A DNA stretch of 64,000 nt from a virus. Every line of letters starts with the position of its first letter. Positions within the stretch are counted from its first letter, which is position 1. Positions 59,497 to 64,000 of the stretch are shown in pieces. Below the pieces are notes generated by a model. The model saw nothing but the letters and a program-made list of their open reading frames with translations, had not been told where the DNA came from and ran no database searches. The stretch is taken from positions 20,593-84,592 of IMG/VR virus record IMGVR_UViG_3300036770_003738; one strand, 5' to 3'. Both the position numbers and the translations under genes were made by a program.

Positions 59497-60339
59497 GTGA
59501 TCAAAACACTTGCTTATTTTCCACAACAGGTTGCACTAAATGGCAATGTTCCTTTTAATGCGCTGTTAGATTCTGCCCAAGCAGCAGGCATACAAACAAA
59601 AGAAAACTCATATACAGCAGATGCTGCAGTGATATGGAGTGTGCTATGGCACGGTCGCCTTAAAACAAATCAAGCGGTATACGAACATTATAGGCAACAA
59701 AACAAACCAGTAATCATTGTTGAAATAGGTGCATTGTATCGTGGACAAACTTGGAAAGTGTCAGTAAACAACGTCACTGCTGAAGGCTTTTATGGTCACC
59801 AAGATCAACTGGACTGGGATCGCGCTAGGAAACTAAAAATTAGCCTAGCGCAACAAACGCAAACAACTCCTCATGTGATAATTGCATTGCAGCATTCTCA
59901 CAGCTTGCAAGTGGCCAGCATTGCAGACATGACTCAATGGGTGAGTTGCACAGTCGACAAACTCAAAACAGTCACTGATCGCCCTATAGTGGTACGACCA
60001 CATCCTAGAAGCAGATGTGCATTGCCTCCGGGTGTAACAGTAGAGCAGCCACAAAAGTTGGCAGGAACTTATGACAGCTACAACATGCATTTTGATTGTC
60101 ATGCAGTAGTTAACTATAATTCGGGCCCAGGTATTCAAGCAGCTATAGCAGGTGTGCGGCCCTTGGTAGATTCAACCAGTTTGGCTGCGCCGGTTGGTGT
60201 TAACTGGACAAACATTGAACAACCTTACACAGTAGATCGAGATCGCTGGCTAACCGAAATTTGCCACACCGAATACACAGTAGAAGAAATACAAAGAGGA
60301 TTATGGCTAAACAGACTAGCACCAGCATTGACGGCGTGA
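59497..60339 (+). CDS. KpsS/KpsC-like GT-B protein (probable GTG start at 59497)
   Basis: IIALQ, IVVRPHP, YNSGPGIQAAIAGV motifs. Confidence 0.6.
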   Translation: MIKTLAYFPQQVALNGNVPFNALLDSAQAAGIQTKENSYTADAAVIWSVLWHGRLKTNQAVYEHYRQQNKPVIIVEIGALYRGQTWKVSVNNVTAEGFYGHQDQLDWDRARKLKISLAQQTQTTPHVIIALQHSHSLQVASIADMTQWVSCTVDKLKTVTDRPIVVRPHPRSRCALPPGVTVEQPQKLAGTYDSYNMHFDCHAVVNYNSGPGIQAAIAGVRPLVDSTSLAAPVGVNWTNIEQPYTVDRDRWLTEICHTEYTVEEIQRGLWLNRLAPALTA

Positions 60340-61043
60340 CCGACTGTGCATGTGTGATTCACAGCACAGGATACGACTGGACTTATGTTGACCGACTATA
60401 CAGCATGTTGAGTCGTGCACTACCTGGCGGGATTCGCATGCATGTGTACACTGAAAAATCAAGACCTGTGCCTTCACACATGATCAAACATGTACTGCAT
60501 GAATGGCCTGGACTCGGCGGCCCCAAACGCAGCTGGTGGTACAAAATGCAATTGTTTAACCCTGCACATTTTCGTGGTCAACTGTTGTACTTTGATCTGG
60601 ACTGTGTGATTTTGCGTGACCTGAGTTGGATTACTTCACTTGATCGCAATTTGTTCTGGGGCATTAGAGATTTTAAATATCTTCAGCGCCCTGGCTACGC
60701 AGGCATTAACAGCAGTACCATGTGGTTCAACACCGAACGTTATGCCTGGCTCTGGGACCGATTCAATAGTGTGCCCATTGAGCAAGCACGGTCTGGATGT
60801 CAAGGTGATCAAGACTACATCACAAAAAACGTTGACCTTAGTCAGCTGAGATTTTTTGAAGATCGTTATTTCCAAAGCTATCGCTGGCAGTGTCTAGACG
60901 GAGGATATGACTTTAGATATCGTCGATATCATAAACCTGGCACAGGCGTGCAAATAGCCGGAGATACTGCAGTGGTAGTGTTCCATGGCAGTCCCAACCC
61001 ACATCAAGTACACGACCCCGAAATAGTAAAACTTTGGTGCTAG
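60303..61043 (+). CDS. GT-A glycosyltransferase (GT8-like)
   Basis: WWYKMQLF, YFDLD, NSS, GDQDYI, FHGSPNP motifs. Confidence 0.8.
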   Translation: MAKQTSTSIDGVTDCACVIHSTGYDWTYVDRLYSMLSRALPGGIRMHVYTEKSRPVPSHMIKHVLHEWPGLGGPKRSWWYKMQLFNPAHFRGQLLYFDLDCVILRDLSWITSLDRNLFWGIRDFKYLQRPGYAGINSSTMWFNTERYAWLWDRFNSVPIEQARSGCQGDQDYITKNVDLSQLRFFEDRYFQSYRWQCLDGGYDFRYRRYHKPGTGVQIAGDTAVVVFHGSPNPHQVHDPEIVKLWC

Positions 61044-61072
61044 TTGACCAATAAATCCCAATCTGCTATAAT
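61044..61072 (+). promoter_or_regulatory. Early sigma70-type promoter
   Basis: TTGACC-N17-TATAAT with TG extension. Confidence 0.88.
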
Positions 61073-61100
61073 ACAAGAATAGTAGCAAAAAGGAGCCAAC

Positions 61101-61304
61101 ATGGGATATCAAGTTTTGCGTGAGCGTGATGCCAAATACCAACCCCGCAAGGGTCTTGAAGGCCCGTTCTTTTACCCCAATGGCGCCGTGTTGTATTACG
61201 ATCCCAAAGAAGGCAAATATTGGGATCCTACGACGGATTTCTTTGTTGAGCACGAGGACGTAGAAGAACTCAAAAATATGTTCTTGCAGGCTCTAGCAAA
61301 GTAA
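61101..61304 (+). CDS. Small early hypothetical protein
   Basis: AAGGAG SD; YYDPKEGKYWDP. Confidence 0.75.
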   Translation: MGYQVLRERDAKYQPRKGLEGPFFYPNGAVLYYDPKEGKYWDPTTDFFVEHEDVEELKNMFLQALAK

Positions 61305-61355
61305 TACTCAAGTATTACATTTCGAGTTGACTCGAAATTCACCTTTTGCTATAAT
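61301..61355 (+). promoter_or_regulatory. Early promoter with two abutting palindromes
   Basis: GTAATACT-CA-AGTATTAC (61301-61318); ATTTCGAGT-TG-ACTCGAAAT (61319-61338); TTGACT(61327)-N17-TATAAT(61350). Confidence 0.8.
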
Positions 61356-61385
61356 ATAGGTATAGTAAGAAACAAGGAGCCAGCA

Positions 61386-61544
61386 ATGACACGTATTTTG
61401 TTTTACACCAAAGACGCTCGAGAAATTCTGCGCTATACCAGCCTGGACCTCCAAAAAGCCGGTAGCATTTGGATGGAAGCCTGGGCACATCAGTCCGACA
61501 TTGAAACGTTTCGCCTTAATGGCTGGTGGTTTGAAGCGATTTGA
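61386..61544 (+). CDS. Small early hypothetical protein (52 aa, not in the ORF track)
   Basis: AAGGAG SD, then MTRILFYTKDAREIL...GWWFEAI*. Confidence 0.65.
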   Translation: MTRILFYTKDAREILRYTSLDLQKAGSIWMEAWAHQSDIETFRLNGWWFEAI

Positions 61545-61569
61545 CCAATAATTCGCATTCTGCTATAAT
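61541..61569 (+). promoter_or_regulatory. Early sigma70-type promoter
   Basis: TTGACC-N17-TATAAT with TG extension. Confidence 0.88.
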
Positions 61570-61598
61570 TGAAGAATAGTAAACAAAACGGAGCCACA

Positions 61599-62624
61599 AT
61601 GAGTACAATTCGCATCATCAACGGTAACTACCGCGGCGTTGCCATCCAAAACACCGTGTTCGAACTAGTGTCGGGATTTCAAACTGGCGCTCGCGGCGGC
61701 TATGTTACTGTTAAAAATTTGGGCAATTTTCCCAAGTGCCCCGAAACAATCCGCGTCAAAGTTGACAACATTGCAGATATTGAGTACACTAACGAAATGA
61801 CAGAAAATACAGTGCCCTTTGCTAAACCCGTTGCCGCTGTTCAAGAAACTGACGAACAGGCTATCGAGCGTATTCGTGAGCGTTTTGAAATTTTACACGA
61901 AATGACCAAGGCAGCAACTTCTGGTGACATTCGTGCTATGATTGTGTCTGGCCCCCCGGGCGTGGGCAAATCGTTTGGTGTTGAAGCAGAGATTGACAAG
62001 GCCACAATGTTTGACAAGATTGCTGGCAAGCGACTGCGAGCCGAAGTTGTCAAAGGCAGTGCCACCCCAATCGGCCTGTATCAAACACTGTACAAATACT
62101 CTGACCCCAACAGCGTGATTGTGTTTGACGACTGCGACAGCATTTTGCTGGACGATGTTGCACTGAACTTGCTGAAAGGTGCCCTGGACTCAGGCAAGAA
62201 GCGTAAGATTTCGTGGCTTGCTGACAGCCGTGTACTGCGTCAAGAAGGCATTCCCGACAGTTTTGAATTCAAGGGTTCAGTAATTTTTATTACCAACCTC
62301 AAATTTGACAAGATGAAATCGCAGAAACTGCGTGATCACTTGGATGCACTGCAAAGCCGTTGTCACTATCTGGACTTGACACTGGACACCATGCGTGACA
62401 AGATCTTGCGTATCAAACAAATTGCACAAGACGGTGCACTGTTTGCGGACTACGATTTTGATCAGCAGTGCCAAAACGACATCATTGACTTTATGAGCGA
62501 GAACAAGAATCGCTTGCGTGAAGTTAGCCTGCGTATGGCAATCAAGATTGCAGACCTGCGCAAAATGAGCGAAACCAAGTGGAAGCGACTGGCTGAAACT
62601 ACTTGTATGAAACCCGCAGAATAA
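61599..62624 (+). CDS. AAA+ ATPase (early)
   Basis: GPPGVGKS Walker A, IVFDDCD Walker B, ITN sensor, ALQSR Arg finger; GGAG SD. Confidence 0.88.
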   Translation: MSTIRIINGNYRGVAIQNTVFELVSGFQTGARGGYVTVKNLGNFPKCPETIRVKVDNIADIEYTNEMTENTVPFAKPVAAVQETDEQAIERIRERFEILHEMTKAATSGDIRAMIVSGPPGVGKSFGVEAEIDKATMFDKIAGKRLRAEVVKGSATPIGLYQTLYKYSDPNSVIVFDDCDSILLDDVALNLLKGALDSGKKRKISWLADSRVLRQEGIPDSFEFKGSVIFITNLKFDKMKSQKLRDHLDALQSRCHYLDLTLDTMRDKILRIKQIAQDGALFADYDFDQQCQNDIIDFMSENKNRLREVSLRMAIKIADLRKMSETKWKRLAETTCMKPAE

Positions 62625-62683
62625 CCCCTGCCGTGTGCGTAACGGGCAGTGCCAATAAGTCCCGTTTCGATAAGGAAATTAAA

Positions 62684-63412
62684 ATGAGCGTTATTACAGC
62701 ATTTAAGTGTGATACTACAGGTAAACTGTTTGAAGACAAAACCAAATACACTAAACACATCCGCAAGGTTGCCGCAGAGCGCCGTCGTGTTCGTAAAATC
62801 GAACAGGCACATCGTGCCGAAGAACAATGGTGGCATGATAACTTTTGGAACAAGGTGCGTAGTCTAGAGCAACTACATGCGGCTATCCTGCATCACCGTG
62901 ATGTCTTTGCCGCTCGTGGCGTTAAAGAATACTGGGGTGGCTCTAGGAAACTTCTGCCTACTCCTCTGGTTGATTTTGAACGATTCGATCTGCGTTGGAG
63001 TGATTCAGTTAGCAACAGCCACAATTGTCCACATAACGGTACAACCAATTGGGGCAACCGTACTCCTGGTGCACCACAAAGTTACCCAGGCTGGTCCGGC
63101 CGTTTTGACTATGTTGTTCAAAGCCACGCGAAACAACTGCACAGTTACCCTGGTAGCAGTGAAATGTGGAAGAAAACTCGTATTCACACTGGTACCGGTG
63201 GCGGTGGCGGACATCGAGAACAGGACAAGAACTTTCTGCAGAGTTTTGGATTCCAAGTCGAAATGTTTGCCGAAGACTGGCCTGCAATGGCAGAAGCATA
63301 CGAACAGGCACATGCTTGGATGATTCTGAAAGACATTAAACATCATCGAATTGACGATGTTGTTAATCAGATGAACCCTGCTAACATGTACTTTGAAGGA
63401 CTGGCATCGTAA
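62684..63412 (+). CDS. Hypothetical protein
   Basis: AAGGA SD before MSVITAFKCD. Confidence 0.75.
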   Translation: MSVITAFKCDTTGKLFEDKTKYTKHIRKVAAERRRVRKIEQAHRAEEQWWHDNFWNKVRSLEQLHAAILHHRDVFAARGVKEYWGGSRKLLPTPLVDFERFDLRWSDSVSNSHNCPHNGTTNWGNRTPGAPQSYPGWSGRFDYVVQSHAKQLHSYPGSSEMWKKTRIHTGTGGGGGHREQDKNFLQSFGFQVEMFAEDWPAMAEAYEQAHAWMILKDIKHHRIDDVVNQMNPANMYFEGLAS

Positions 63413-63612
63413 TGGCTGAAGAACGCAAACACATTGGATACATAGAGCGTGAAGAGGGGTATTACAAACTGTATGCTCCTCCAAAAGGATCTATTGTAAC
63501 CCATGCTTTTATACTTTGCAAATACTGTAATGGTGCTATCTATCACTGTATGGGTCCAAAGTATGATGCAGTGTGTCTTGATTGTTATGCTAAAGATCCA
63601 GAGTTGCGATGA
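63412..63612 (+). CDS. Small Zn-finger-like hypothetical protein
   Basis: CKYC...CLDC; coupled to the upstream stop. Confidence 0.65.
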   Translation: MAEERKHIGYIEREEGYYKLYAPPKGSIVTHAFILCKYCNGAIYHCMGPKYDAVCLDCYAKDPELR

Positions 63613-63785
63613 ACGACATTTTAGACAACGAATCTTATCCAGTTGGAGAACGACTGGAGATGGCAAAGGTATTGTTGGAAATGAAGGATCGTGAAATCCA
63701 GCGACTCACTTCACAATTGAATCGAGAAAAATCTACCCGTGCTTGGATTCAAGACCAAGCAAGCGACAAAAGGATGGGACTATGA
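63609..63785 (+). CDS. Small hypothetical protein (58 aa, not in the ORF track)
   Basis: ATGA overlaps on both sides; MNDILDNESY...RMGL*. Confidence 0.55.
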   Translation: MNDILDNESYPVGERLEMAKVLLEMKDREIQRLTSQLNREKSTRAWIQDQASDKRMGL

Positions 63786-64000
63786 ACGAACGAATTCAAG
63801 AACTTTTAGCGCAAGCATATAAAGAAGCAAGTGTTCCAGGACCTATTGAAGATAAGGTTACTCTACAAGAAAAATTCGCCGAGTTGATTGTTCAACGAAC
63901 ATTGGCGATTGTTGACGCACACACTGAGATTTTCCAGAGCGATGAAGCAAGGGCCATGGTTGAACATATCAAACATTCTGTGAAAACTGATTTCGGAGTT
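63782..64000 (+). CDS. Small hypothetical protein of MNERI.EL...EKFAELIV type (3'-truncated)
   Basis: ATGA overlap with the upstream stop; open to the window end. Confidence 0.6.
   Translation, partial: MNERIQELLAQAYKEASVPGPIEDKVTLQEKFAELIVQRTLAIVDAHTEIFQSDEARAMVEHIKHSVKTDFGV

Noticed and set aside
53559-61043. Bacterial LPS/capsule locus (host contamination or prophage boundary)
   Set aside because: The genes are coupled to uvsY, carry the same phage late-promoter motif and are followed by phage early cassettes; no transporter or other host genes are present.
25270-62683. Upstream-extended starts in the ORF track (e.g. 26808, 32753, 39703, 53478, 56073, 60261, 61569, 62603; also 4946)
   Set aside because: The extensions overlap neighbouring genes or promoters; downstream starts have an SD or late promoter and match family N-termini.
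1-64000. Alternative genetic code (stop-codon reassignment, as in some large phages)
   Set aside because: Core genes are full-length and coding density is high under the standard code.
1-64000. tRNA genes
   Set aside because: No cloverleaf with a T-loop GTTC(G/A)A and acceptor stem was found by eye in the short intergenic spaces; tRNAscan-SE would confirm.

Overview
64 kb of a large T4-like myophage genome; no host DNA is evident. It holds the head genes (gp21 3' end, gp22, gp23), a ~17 kb block of Gly/Asn/Thr/Ser-repeat tail-fibre or baseplate genes, neck and tail genes (gp15/gp14 inverted, gp13, gp18, gp19), gp4, large terminase gp17, and gp32-uvsX-uvsY. The window ends in an early region with repeated sigma70 promoter cassettes. 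The most striking content is roughly 20 glyco-modification genes interleaved with the virion genes: a TPR-GT9-like enzyme, Maf/DUF115-like, GT8-like, KpsS/KpsC-like and GT10-like transferases, a cytidylyltransferase-cupin fusion, an FkbM methyltransferase, 3 radical SAM enzymes, 2 SGNH proteins, a 2OG oxygenase and MetK. Many sit directly behind a late-promoter motif (TAAATA/TAAGTA) placed 4-8 nt before the start codon with no Shine-Dalgarno, which suggests leaderless late mRNAs. My inference is a late-expressed virion (fibre) glycosylation and decoration system. There are also candidate structured RNAs, promoter-in-hairpin translational switches and a palindromic bidirectional late promoter. 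All calls come from motifs read by eye; no database searches were run. I saw no tRNA, CRISPR array, integrase or reverse transcriptase.
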